From NCBI GenBank assembly GCA_031291825.1, contig JARLIG010000004.1:22240-86239 (forward strand): DNA of 64,000 nt. Direction: 5' to 3'. This document shows positions 1 to 9,439 of the stretch, in pieces. This DNA is from Minisyncoccota bacterium (lineage in GTDB: Bacteria; Patescibacteriota; Minisyncoccia; Phycocordibacterales; UBA9973). Positions within the stretch are counted from its first letter, which is position 1; each line of letters starts with the position of its first letter. Under the pieces are notes generated by a model. The model was not told the DNA's origin, made no database searches, and saw only the letters and a program-made list of their open reading frames with translations. A program made the position numbers and the translations under genes.

Positions 1-2
1 GA

Positions 3-2315
3 ACTGGAACTTATCGGGTAACGATTTGTAATGCTGGTTATTCTGCCAGTGATTCTGTTTGTACCGTTAACTCTTTTAACATTACTTCTTCTGCTGGTGC
101 TGGAGGTTCTATCTCTCCATTAGGCACAACCTCTGAGAATTATGGAAGTAGTCAAACTTATACCATAACTCCCAATACTGGTGCGGGTTACAGTATAGCC
201 AATGTTTCGGTTGATGGTTCTTCTGTTGGCGCAGTTAGTACTTATACATTTTCAAATATCACAACCAATCATACTATCAGTGCAACTTTTAACTTAATGG
301 CTGGTACTCTCACAGCTAGTCCTACTTCTTGTAGTATCGCAGTTGGAGCAAGTAGCTGTAATGTAACTCTTACTTGGACCACCACTCACCCAGTTAGTAC
401 TTCCTGGATAACTTCTTCCGTAGATAATTCTGGAAATCCTTATACAAATTTTGATGTGTCTAGCCCAAATATTAATAATGGAAGTCAGTCTGTAGTTATT
501 CCATATAGCTCTAGTGGCTCTAGAACTTTTTATCTATATAATTATAACATTTCGCTGGTTCCAACTTCTCAATTTCCAAATGGTTCTGGTATAACTGTGG
601 CCTCAAGTTGTGTTCTCAATACTGTTTGGAATGGGAGTATTTGCGCGCAATATGCTCTTACCGTCAATAAAGCTGGTACTGGTTCTGGAACGGTAGGTGG
701 TGCTGGAATATATGCTTACAACACAGTTGCACCAGCCACAGAGTCACCTAATGGCGGCTCAACTTTTACTGGTTGGAGTGGAGATTGCAGTGGAACAAAT
801 CCAACTTATGGAGTTACGATGAGTGCTGCAAAATCTTGTACCGCGACGTTTACATTAATCCCAACTGCATCCTTCACAAACACTCCATCATGTACTATCC
901 CTGCAGGAAGTAGCGGCTGTAGTGCCAACATAACATGGACGTCGTCAAACACCAGTACAGTAAATCTAACGGACGGTGGTGACGGATTTTATGCACAAAC
1001 AGGTACAGGAGCACAGTCTGGGACTGTACACATACCTTACAATTCTGGAACTTATAATATACGAAATGTAGTTAGTGGTGTAGAAGTTCCTCCGCCTGCT
1101 GGTATCTTGGCTACAGTTACTGGTACCTCTGCTTGTGCTTCTGGTAGTACTTGGATTGTAAGCAGTGGTACTTGCGTGGCAGCTCCATATGGAAGTTTTG
1201 ACAACGCTAGTCCAAACCCAGTTTATAATAATGGAGTATTATCTATGAATGGTTGGGCAGCTGATATTCAGGACGGAGCACCTGTTTCTAGTGTGCAAAT
1301 ATACATTGATGGTACTTCAATTGGTAATGCCACCCTGGGAGGGTCTAGACCAGACGTACTTGCTGCCTACCCAAGTTATCCTAGCTGGGTTAATTCAGGT
1401 TGGAATATGAATTATACGATTCCAGCTAGTTTATCGACCGGAAGTCACACAGCCAAAGCCGTTGCCTCTGACAAGGAAGGTCTATCATCTACTTTTACTT
1501 ATAATTTTACGGTTGGCACATGCACTCTTCCTTCTGTCACCACAACTGCTTCCGTTTCAAATGTAACTCAAACGAGTGGAACAAGTGGTGGAAGCATAAC
1601 CTCAAACGGAGGATGCCCTGTTACTGTTAGTGGAATTACTTGGAGTACCTCCTCAGGAAACGAAACTTACACAGTAGGAAATACAGCAACTCAAACAACT
1701 GACGGCTGGCAATCTGGTGGTCCTTGGCTCGATATTGCTGGAGGTGTCAACACTTATGTAGCTAGTACTCCTTTAACTCCAGGGACTACATATTACATTA
1801 AAGCTTATGCAGAAAACAGTGTAGGTCCTTCTTTTGGTAATGAAATACATTTTACGACCAGCGCTCCGACTCCAGTGAATGGAGTTTGTGGTACAGCCAA
1901 TGGTAAAGCATATCCATATCCTTCAAGTAGCTATGGTTCAGACACACAATGTTCTTCTGGGACTCCAAGTCCTAATAATGCTTTTCCATCTGCAGGCAAT
2001 ACGGCCTATTGGCAATGTATGGAGGCGAATGGAGGAACAAATAGTTCCACATGTTCAGCATCTCAAGGTGCTCCGTCGGTTACTTTTTCAGCCAATCCAA
2101 CAACCATAGTAAGTGGCGGATCTTCAACTCTGACTTGGTCTTCTTCTGCTACTTCTTGTACGGGAACTAATTTCAGCACAGGCACAGGGAGTCCTAATTC
2201 TGGGAGTGTTTCAGTTACTCCATCTTCAACCACTCAATATACAGTAACTTGTGGTGGCTTCCCAGCAACTCAAACTGTCACAGTCGACAAAAAGCCAGTA
2301 TATAGAGAGCACTAA
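3..2315 (+). CDS. Surface/secreted S/T/G-rich protein with an InlB B-repeat-like domain, 5'-truncated by the window edge.
   Basis: The frame of ORF 297..2315 stays open back to nt 3 with no stop. One region (GSGTVGGAG...YAYNTVAPATESPNGGSTFTGWSGDCSG) matches the bacterial InlB B-repeat pattern. The C-terminal ~80 aa is shared with the next gene. Confidence 0.6.
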   Translation, partial: TGTYRVTICNAGYSASDSVCTVNSFNITSSAGAGGSISPLGTTSENYGSSQTYTITPNTGAGYSIANVSVDGSSVGAVSTYTFSNITTNHTISATFNLMAGTLTASPTSCSIAVGASSCNVTLTWTTTHPVSTSWITSSVDNSGNPYTNFDVSSPNINNGSQSVVIPYSSSGSRTFYLYNYNISLVPTSQFPNGSGITVASSCVLNTVWNGSICAQYALTVNKAGTGSGTVGGAGIYAYNTVAPATESPNGGSTFTGWSGDCSGTNPTYGVTMSAAKSCTATFTLIPTASFTNTPSCTIPAGSSGCSANITWTSSNTSTVNLTDGGDGFYAQTGTGAQSGTVHIPYNSGTYNIRNVVSGVEVPPPAGILATVTGTSACASGSTWIVSSGTCVAAPYGSFDNASPNPVYNNGVLSMNGWAADIQDGAPVSSVQIYIDGTSIGNATLGGSRPDVLAAYPSYPSWVNSGWNMNYTIPASLSTGSHTAKAVASDKEGLSSTFTYNFTVGTCTLPSVTTTASVSNVTQTSGTSGGSITSNGGCPVTVSGITWSTSSGNETYTVGNTATQTTDGWQSGGPWLDIAGGVNTYVASTPLTPGTTYYIKAYAENSVGPSFGNEIHFTTSAPTPVNGVCGTANGKAYPYPSSSYGSDTQCSSGTPSPNNAFPSAGNTAYWQCMEANGGTNSSTCSASQGAPSVTFSANPTTIVSGGSSTLTWSSSATSCTGTNFSTGTGSPNSGSVSVTPSSTTQYTVTCGGFPATQTVTVDKKPVYREH

Positions 2316-2386
2316 AAATATTTTCTTTGTGTTATAATATATTTGTTTGATTATTATCAACGATACATAATCGCAAATATATTGTT

Positions 2387-4042
2387 ATGAAAAAAAATAT
2401 TTTGATATCTCTAAAATTTTTATCTCTGCTTTTTGTTTTCGCAGGTTTACTTTTACTCAAATCAAGCGTTGCTTTTGCTCAAGATGCAGACCCTTCGGTT
2501 AACATTCAATCTGTCTCACCAAGTTCCGCAGATACTCAAATCACAGTCAGTGGTGGAGCCACTGGAGGAGAGAGCACCACAGATGTCAGATGTGGTCATG
2601 CTCCCTATATACTCATGCCAATTACCACCGTAACTCAGCTATCTACTACTGTAAATTATTCTATAGATGGAGGTACTGTATTTTCTGCTCCTGCTGCCAC
2701 AGTCTCAGTCACAGGACAATCAAGTAATGTTTGTTCAAGCCCAACGCCAGCAGTCGGTATACAGTGGGGCTACTCATTTAGTTTCACTGACTCCACTCAT
2801 GTTGCAGCACTTTCTAATGGAACTCACACCGTCGAGGCTTGTTTGGGAACTTGGGGAAGTTTGTGTGATACAGCGACTTTTATAGTGAGTCATCCTCTTC
2901 CTGACCTGACGGCTAATCCAGTGACCCCAACTTCTGCCATTGCTAGTATTGCTACAACTTTTTCTTCAACCATTTCAAACATCGGTAATGCTTCAACGGG
3001 GGGGTCATTTTCCAACTTTTTTCAAATTGCCACAGCTACGGGTGGCGGGGGAACAATTACTGACTTAGCTTCTACTTCTATGTCTACGCTGGCATCTGGG
3101 GCTACAAATACAGCCACTAAGTCTTATACTTTTCCATCATCTGGAACGTATTCAGTGCGTGCCTGTGCAGATAAAACTTCTTCGGCTGGTGGTGGAGTGA
3201 TTAATGAGTCAAACGAAAATAATAATTGTGGAGCTTGGGTAGATGTGACGGTCAATCCAGCTACTTGCTCAAATGGAGCAACCAATCCTTTGGCTTGTAC
3301 AACTTGTGCAGCTGGTTCAGCAATGATTGGTGGAATGTGTACCCCTGTTTCGGTTTCTGTTTCTGCAACAACTCCCTACAGTACTACTCCAAGCACTAAT
3401 GTAAGTTTTGCCTACAGCGCAAATACCAACTCCAATGCTGGTACGGAGTGTCGCTTGTTAAATTATAATCAAGACACAAACAACCCTCTGACTTCTTATC
3501 AAGCAAATAGTCCAATTACATATTCTTCTGCTAGCGTTGCTGGAACATATGCTTATTATGTAGAATGTCGTGATAAAACGACGACTTCAGCTACTGCTAC
3601 TTCTAATCAGATTATCGTAAATGTTTATGTGAACGGCGGATGGAGTGGGTGGAGTGGTTGGGGAACCTGCAGTATGAGTTGCGGTGGTGGAACACAGACA
3701 GCCACTCGCACCTGTACGCATCCAGCTCCACAAAATGGCGGACAAGGTTGTTCTGGTTCAGATACTGAATCTCAGTCTTGTAATGTCCAAGCTTGTACTA
3801 CTTCTTTAACTGCGAACCCAGCAAACTTGGTTTCAGGGTCCGGTATTTCTTCAATGTTAAGTTGGTCTTCTACTGCGCCTTATTGTACAAAGAGTACTAA
3901 CTTTACTCTTCCTAACGACAATCCATCCGGCAGTCTTGCTGTCACTCCAACTTCTACTACAACATATTCAGTTACTTGTGGTGGAGTTTCGGCGACTGCA
4001 ACTGTTTCAGTGAAGAAAAAACCGATATACATAGAGCATTAA
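2387..4042 (+). CDS. Secreted protein with a signal peptide, a thrombospondin type-1-like repeat and the same C-terminal module as the preceding gene.
   Basis: The N-terminus MKKNILISLKFLSLLFVFAGLLLLKSSVAFA reads as a signal peptide. The stretch WSGWSGWGTCSMSCGGGTQTATRTCTHP...CSGS...QSCNVQAC follows the TSP1 pattern. The C-terminus ...TYSVTCGG..ATATVSVKKKPIYIEH parallels ORF1's ...QYTVTCGGFPATQTVTVDKKPVYREH. Confidence 0.6.
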   Translation: MKKNILISLKFLSLLFVFAGLLLLKSSVAFAQDADPSVNIQSVSPSSADTQITVSGGATGGESTTDVRCGHAPYILMPITTVTQLSTTVNYSIDGGTVFSAPAATVSVTGQSSNVCSSPTPAVGIQWGYSFSFTDSTHVAALSNGTHTVEACLGTWGSLCDTATFIVSHPLPDLTANPVTPTSAIASIATTFSSTISNIGNASTGGSFSNFFQIATATGGGGTITDLASTSMSTLASGATNTATKSYTFPSSGTYSVRACADKTSSAGGGVINESNENNNCGAWVDVTVNPATCSNGATNPLACTTCAAGSAMIGGMCTPVSVSVSATTPYSTTPSTNVSFAYSANTNSNAGTECRLLNYNQDTNNPLTSYQANSPITYSSASVAGTYAYYVECRDKTTTSATATSNQIIVNVYVNGGWSGWSGWGTCSMSCGGGTQTATRTCTHPAPQNGGQGCSGSDTESQSCNVQACTTSLTANPANLVSGSGISSMLSWSSTAPYCTKSTNFTLPNDNPSGSLAVTPTSTTTYSVTCGGVSATATVSVKKKPIYIEH

Positions 4043-4056
4043 AATATATTAAAAAT

Positions 4057-4093
4057 AAGTTAGCAAAAAATCCCTCCAATTTTTATTTGAGGG
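4057..4093 (+). terminator. Rho-independent terminator hairpin (AAAAAATCCCTC...GAGGGATTTTTTGC) followed by a TATACT -10-like box upstream of pilB.
   Basis: An inverted repeat is followed by a T-run, directly after the stop at 4042. Confidence 0.6.
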
Positions 4094-4115
4094 ATTTTTT
4101 GCTATACTATAGTTA

Positions 4116-5873
4116 ATGGAAATTAACGATGCACAACTAAAGAAGTTCCTTTTAGATGGGGGGCTTGTTTCTAAGAAAGATTTTGAAGATGCTTCAGAAA
4201 AAGCTGAAACTAAAAAACAAAAAGTCAGCAATATTTTGCTTTCGGATGGAAAAATATCCGAAGAAGACCTAAAGCGTACGGAAGCTTTAGTATTGGGTAT
4301 TCCATTTATAAGTTTAACTAACCAGAAAATAGATTTCTCTGTACTTTCTTTGATTCCTGAGCCAATTGCGCGCAACTACAATATTGTTGCTTATAAAAAA
4401 ACTGAAAAAAGTTTAGAAGTGGCAATGTTGGATGTGGATGATTTACCAGTTATTGATTTTATCAAGAAACGTTCTGGATTAAAAATACTTCCTCGCCTTA
4501 CTGATACAGCGTCGATGAGATTTGTTCTGGTTCAATACAGACAAAGTCTTAAAGCTGAGTTCAAAGATATCATTGAGAAAGAATCTTCTTCATTGAAAGT
4601 TTCCGCAGAAGATGGCGAAAAATCAGGAGAAAAATCGGAATCAGAATTAAAAGAAATGGCGGAAGATTTGCCGGTGGTGAAAATCGTTGATTCTTTGATT
4701 TTTCATGCTATTTTGCAAAATGCGTCTGATATCCATATTGAACCAGGGGAAAACGAGCTCACTGTGCGATATCGAATCGATGGGATATTACATGATGCCA
4801 TGGTCTTGGATAAAAATGCTGGTTCTGGCATAACCGCTCGTATTAAAGTTTTGTCCAACCTAAAGCTTGATGAAAAAAGATTGCCACAAGATGGAAGATT
4901 TAAGATAGAACAAAATGGAGAAAAGATTTCCTTCCGTGTTTCCACTCTCCCGACATTTTTTGGTGAAAAAACTGTTATTCGAGTTTTAAAAGAAACTGCG
5001 CACGGTTTTTCTTTGGAAATTCTTGGTTTTCACGGGGAGGGATTGGAACGTATTCATAATTCCTTAAAATTAAAAACTGGAATGGTTTTGGCAACTGGAC
5101 CGACGGGTAGTGGAAAGACAACAACGCTTTACACGATGTTGGATATATTAAATAGGCCAGAAGTAAATATTTCTACAGTGGAAGACCCAGTGGAATATCA
5201 AATGCCGAGAGTTAATCAAACACAAGTAAAACCAGAAATTGGACTAACTTTTGCCAACGGCCTCCGTTCGCTTTTACGTCAGGACCCAGATGTCATCATG
5301 GTTGGAGAAATTCGAGATGGAGAAACAGTCTCGCTGGCGATTAATGCTTCACTGACTGGGCACTTAGTGCTTTCGACAATTCACACCAACTCAGCGGCTG
5401 GTGCCATCCCGAGATTGATGGATATGGGCGCGGAACCATTTTTAATTACTGCGACTGTAAAAACAATTATTGCGCAAAGACTAGTGCGTCGACTTACTTC
5501 TAACAAAGAAAAATATTTTCTTTCTCCAGCCGAAATACAAAATTTAGGTAAGATTGTTGACCTTAATCGCGCACTTGGTTTTTTACAAACTGAAAAAATT
5601 ATTGGGCCAGATGCAACTTGGGATAAAATCCCCTTTTATAAACCAGTTAAATCGGCGGAATCGGAAGATGGTTATTCGGGACGAGTTGGTATTCATGAGG
5701 TACTGACTGTCAGCGCCGTTATACGAGAAATGATTTTAAAACATAGCTCCCAAGATGAAATAGAGGCACAGGCAAAAAAAGAAGGGATGATGACAATGCT
5801 TGAAGACGGTGTTTTCCAGGCGGTTTTAGGGTTGATTTCATTAGAGGAAATATTCAGAGTTGTTTCAGAATAA
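4116..5873 (+). CDS. pilB: Type IV pilus assembly ATPase of the PilB / GspE family.
   Basis: There is a GspE-type N-terminal domain, a Walker A motif LATGPTGSGKTTTLY, the segment VGEIRDGET and the histidine box LSTIHTNSAAGAIPRL. Confidence 0.85.
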   Translation: MEINDAQLKKFLLDGGLVSKKDFEDASEKAETKKQKVSNILLSDGKISEEDLKRTEALVLGIPFISLTNQKIDFSVLSLIPEPIARNYNIVAYKKTEKSLEVAMLDVDDLPVIDFIKKRSGLKILPRLTDTASMRFVLVQYRQSLKAEFKDIIEKESSSLKVSAEDGEKSGEKSESELKEMAEDLPVVKIVDSLIFHAILQNASDIHIEPGENELTVRYRIDGILHDAMVLDKNAGSGITARIKVLSNLKLDEKRLPQDGRFKIEQNGEKISFRVSTLPTFFGEKTVIRVLKETAHGFSLEILGFHGEGLERIHNSLKLKTGMVLATGPTGSGKTTTLYTMLDILNRPEVNISTVEDPVEYQMPRVNQTQVKPEIGLTFANGLRSLLRQDPDVIMVGEIRDGETVSLAINASLTGHLVLSTIHTNSAAGAIPRLMDMGAEPFLITATVKTIIAQRLVRRLTSNKEKYFLSPAEIQNLGKIVDLNRALGFLQTEKIIGPDATWDKIPFYKPVKSAESEDGYSGRVGIHEVLTVSAVIREMILKHSSQDEIEAQAKKEGMMTMLEDGVFQAVLGLISLEEIFRVVSE

Positions 5874-5898
5874 TCGGGCGAACTCACTAAAAATAAAA

Positions 5899-7119
5899 AT
5901 GCTTTTTTCATATAGAGCAAAATCAAAAACAGGAGAAATAGTTGAAAACGTGTTAGATGCATCTGATCGCTTTGCACTTTCTCGTGACTTAAGGTCTCGT
6001 GGTTTTACTCCGCTTTCAGTCACCGAAAAAAACCAAGGACTTTCTGCTAAATTTTCCGTATTTTCCTCTAGTTTATTTTCTCGAATAAAATTATCAGAAC
6101 AAATTCTTTTTACAAAAAACTTAAGTGGTATGTTAAAAGCTGGGCTACCTTTGTCTCGAGCATTATTAGTTCTCAAGAAACAGACAAAAAATCCAAAACT
6201 CAATACAATCTTAACTTCTTTTACCACGGACATAAATGGAGGTGAAACATTTTCTGCTGCCTTGGCAAAATTTCCTGAAGTTTTTTCTAAGCTTTTTGTT
6301 TCAATGATTCGCGCAGGTGAAGAGTCTGGTAATCTTGCAAACGCACTCACAGATATTGGGATTAATTTAGAAAAATCCAATGCCTTAACAAAAAGAATTA
6401 AAGGAGCGCTCATATATCCAGGTATCATCATGTCGGCAATGATTGTTATTGGTGTATTGTTGTTTGCCTTTGTTGTTCCGACCTTGGCAAATACTTTTAA
6501 ATCACTTGGTGCTACCTTACCATGGTCTACTGAGTTGATTATCTTTCTAGGTAATTTTTTCTCGCATAATTTAATCTTATCCTTTGTGATTATATTCGGC
6601 GCAGCTCTTTGTATTTATCTATTGGCGCGTGCTAAATTTATGGGTAAATATGTTGATTTTTTTATTTTAAAAATTCCCGTTGTTGGTACTCTAACTAAAG
6701 AACTTAATACTGCTCGTACAGCGCGTACCATGTCCTCACTTTTATTTTCTGGAGTTTCCATAATTAGAGCAGTAGAAATTACTGAAGATGTTGTACAAAA
6801 TATATATTTCAAAAAAGTTTTGGAGCAGGCAAAGGCAGCGATAGAAAAAGGTTCACCCTTTTCGCAAGCTTTTGAAGAAAATACTAATCTTTACCCTATT
6901 ATGATGTCTGAAATGGTTCAGGTTGGAGAAGAAACAGGGAAATTGTCAGATATGTTGCTTCAGATAGCGTTGTTTTATGAAGAGGAAGTAGAAAATAAAA
7001 CAAAAAATATGTCCACAATTATTGAACCTGTATTAATGCTTTTCATAGGAGCTGGTGTTGGTTTCTTTGCTATCTCTATGATTTCACCGCTTTACACTAT
7101 CTTGGGTAGTATTAACTAA
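5899..7119 (+). CDS. pilC: Type IV pilus inner-membrane platform protein PilC (GspF family).
   Basis: The N-terminus MLFSYRAKSKTGEIVEN is typical of PilC. Two GspF-like repeats are present (...MIRAGEESGNL... and ...MVQVGEETGKL...). The protein has multiple TM helices. The ORF track starts at 5860; the first in-frame ATG at 5899 is the likely start. Confidence 0.8.
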   Translation: MLFSYRAKSKTGEIVENVLDASDRFALSRDLRSRGFTPLSVTEKNQGLSAKFSVFSSSLFSRIKLSEQILFTKNLSGMLKAGLPLSRALLVLKKQTKNPKLNTILTSFTTDINGGETFSAALAKFPEVFSKLFVSMIRAGEESGNLANALTDIGINLEKSNALTKRIKGALIYPGIIMSAMIVIGVLLFAFVVPTLANTFKSLGATLPWSTELIIFLGNFFSHNLILSFVIIFGAALCIYLLARAKFMGKYVDFFILKIPVVGTLTKELNTARTARTMSSLLFSGVSIIRAVEITEDVVQNIYFKKVLEQAKAAIEKGSPFSQAFEENTNLYPIMMSEMVQVGEETGKLSDMLLQIALFYEEEVENKTKNMSTIIEPVLMLFIGAGVGFFAISMISPLYTILGSIN

Positions 7120-7130
7120 TATTTATTTTT

Positions 7131-7391
7131 TTATTTTTTTAGTTTTTTATAGATTGTTATTATAATAACAACTATTACTAAAGTGATAAAATAAAATAAC
7201 CAATTATTTCCACCTGTCTTATCATTTACTGGCGGATTTATAGGAGAATTATTGTTTGTATTTAAAATACTCGTCGGGTTATTGCTGGAAATATTCGTGC
7301 TTGTATTGTTTGTATTGCCAGAGACATTTGCGTGAACATCTAGGGTTGGCATAGGTTGTAATGATTGTGAATTTGGAAATATTGCTTTCAT
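7131..7391 (-). CDS. Hypothetical small N/S/T-rich protein with a C-terminal TM anchor.
   Basis: It is the last ORF of the minus-strand pilin operon. The sequence is low-complexity with a hydrophobic tail LFYFITLVIVVIIITIY, so it could be spurious. Confidence 0.3.
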   Translation of the reverse strand: MKAIFPNSQSLQPMPTLDVHANVSGNTNNTSTNISSNNPTSILNTNNNSPINPPVNDKTGGNNWLFYFITLVIVVIIITIYKKLKK

Positions 7392-7409
7392 TTTATTTTG
7401 CTGTAATTT

Positions 7410-8804
7410 TTAATTACTAGTCCAACTTAATTGTTTATAACCAGAAGAAGAAAGGGGAAAACCAGGTGGCGGAGCATATAGCAGATTATTGTCGTATGTG
7501 TCACTGGTGGTAGCATAGCCAGAAACATTATTGTTGTTTCCATCAACCCAATTCCAAGTCCATTGACCGAAAGTCATAATTGAACCGAAAATCGAAATAG
7601 AATTTTTTATTGCACTCCCATCTGGATAATAATAAAATTCCGCACTTCCGTTTTGCGCTATCAACGCGCCATCGATTTCTAAATTATTCGGAGCATTATG
7701 GGCCACGACGATACTTTGCTGTGCTAGAAGTCCCAATACATCTGTACCATCTTTTGCTTGATAGGTGAGATTATTTTGAATATAAATATTGGGAGCAGTA
7801 CTGGCGACATAAGGCAAGCTAGCTGCTACAACCATTACTCGACCATTCACCACGCCTTCCACCCAAGTATTGTCTTCAATGTAGATTATTCCATTGCTTG
7901 GTATTGCTTTTGTGTATTGTAAACTTCGAGTGTTATAGTCAATATTTTCATTATGAGCATTGTTGTATACATCCCAACCTGTTGGGTCGTTTAAGAGCGA
8001 AGTCACTTTATAAACTGAAACAGTGCCATTACTGTTAAAAACTAAAGAATATCCATTTGTATTTGATGGCGGTAAATAAAGTCCAGAACTCTGCGCGCTG
8101 CTTTTTAGGGTGGCGAGATTTGAAGTAAGTGCAGAAAAATCAACCGCTGGAACGGGGAATTGCCAAAAACTTTTCACCGCTGAACTGGCACTGCCCCAGA
8201 CTCCATTTTCGGTCGTTGGGCATGGACTGCCTTGTCCGGCAGTACAAGTATAAGTAGATTTTGCAGAACCAATCGGTGCATTTCCGACTCCATCAAAACG
8301 TACTCCGCCATTTGATTGCATTTGTCCATTAACTGTTTCCGAAGGACCAATCCAAATCACATCGTTGCTTAAAAATGAATAAACCGCTAGAGATGGGATA
8401 CCATACTTAACGGTAATGGTTTTTTTTATGTTCGGATTGCTGCTGGTGTTTCCTGTAGACGCGATTGTTACTATTGTACTCCCATTGGATGGAGGGGTTA
8501 TGACCAAGCTGTACTGTCCTAAAATATTTTGCGTATCTGTATCCACATAATTGTGTACATAGGGACCAGCCGTGTTTGTGCCATCTTGGTAGTCGGTTGG
8601 GAAATGGGCCAAATGCCATTGATAATAATTTATTCCTGCTTCCGCAATTTGTAAAGCTTGTTCTTTGACAACAGTCTCCTTGATTAATTTATCTGTGGTT
8701 ATAGCCCAGCTTATAATCGGTGGCATGACTACGGCAAAAACAGCAATCACTATAAGTATCAATACTAACGTATCTCCCTTATTTAATTTATTTTTTTTAA
8801 ACAT
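7410..8804 (-). CDS. Pilus-associated protein with an N-terminal TM helix, possibly a minor pilin / PilX-like.
   Basis: The N-terminus KGDTLVLILIVIAVFAVV is hydrophobic and pilin-like but lacks the canonical G-F-T-L-E motif. The gene lies in an operon with two bona fide prepilin genes. Confidence 0.45.
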   Translation of the reverse strand: MFKKNKLNKGDTLVLILIVIAVFAVVMPPIISWAITTDKLIKETVVKEQALQIAEAGINYYQWHLAHFPTDYQDGTNTAGPYVHNYVDTDTQNILGQYSLVITPPSNGSTIVTIASTGNTSSNPNIKKTITVKYGIPSLAVYSFLSNDVIWIGPSETVNGQMQSNGGVRFDGVGNAPIGSAKSTYTCTAGQGSPCPTTENGVWGSASSAVKSFWQFPVPAVDFSALTSNLATLKSSAQSSGLYLPPSNTNGYSLVFNSNGTVSVYKVTSLLNDPTGWDVYNNAHNENIDYNTRSLQYTKAIPSNGIIYIEDNTWVEGVVNGRVMVVAASLPYVASTAPNIYIQNNLTYQAKDGTDVLGLLAQQSIVVAHNAPNNLEIDGALIAQNGSAEFYYYPDGSAIKNSISIFGSIMTFGQWTWNWVDGNNNNVSGYATTSDTYDNNLLYAPPPGFPLSSSGYKQLSWTSN

Positions 8805-8806
8805 TT

Positions 8807-9433
8807 TTAATTACCCAAATTGGTTTTTAAGTTTCTAAGACTTGCCCCAGAGGTTACACTAAAAGTACTGGTACCATTTCGAGTTGCGTCTTTTAAAACA
8901 GTAAGATTTATTTGTATAAATCTTACCACATTGATATTGACTGGCTGAGTTAAAGGATTTCCGCTTCCATTATAATTACCATCATAATAAGAGAACAAAG
9001 AATTTCCACCCATCGACATCTGAATCAGAAGAGGAGTTATGGTTTCGGGTTGTCCGACATAAGACAGTGGGTTGCCTGCTGGATTAGTTATACCTTTATA
9101 TAAGGTATTTCCAGAGATGTAATATCTAATCTGGGAAACAGTACCATTGTTTTTAGGTGTAGTTGAAAAGAAAATTAATTGATTACTTGTGGCTTGGTTT
9201 ATTGGATATGCGCCATTTGCGCCATAGGTTGCATTACGGAGCTCGTTCACAAAAGTGCTGGCAATTATTGTAGCTTGGTTGGTATTTGATAAGATTCCAT
9301 TCTGTTGTTCGCTCACTGTAAAAATATTTTGAATCATCAAAGTTATTCCTATCATTAGGATACTAAAGATGGCAATAGTTACAAGTGTTTCTACTAAAGT
9401 AAATCCAGATTTTTTTGTAAGTTTATTTTTCAT
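8807..9433 (-). CDS. Type IV prepilin / pseudopilin.
   Basis: The N-terminus MKNKLTKKSGFTLVETLVTIAIFSILMIG matches the prepilin cleavage/methylation motif G|FTLxE. Confidence 0.8.
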   Translation of the reverse strand: MKNKLTKKSGFTLVETLVTIAIFSILMIGITLMIQNIFTVSEQQNGILSNTNQATIIASTFVNELRNATYGANGAYPINQATSNQLIFFSTTPKNNGTVSQIRYYISGNTLYKGITNPAGNPLSYVGQPETITPLLIQMSMGGNSLFSYYDGNYNGSGNPLTQPVNINVVRFIQINLTVLKDATRNGTSTFSVTSGASLRNLKTNLGN

Positions 9434-9439
9434 TTAGAT

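Noticed and set aside
4049-4375. Antisense or overlapping ORFs from the six-frame track. Examples: 4049-4375(-), 4703-4945(-), 5865-6431(-), 9906-10256(+), 11251-11643(-), 12759-13163(-), 18306-18884(-), 21474-21824(-), 26448-26819(-), 57181-57774(-), 58129-58506(-), 61528-61866(-).
   Set aside because: Each lies fully inside a well-supported conserved gene on the other strand or frame, and none has recognisable motifs. They are shadow ORFs typical of AT-rich genomes.
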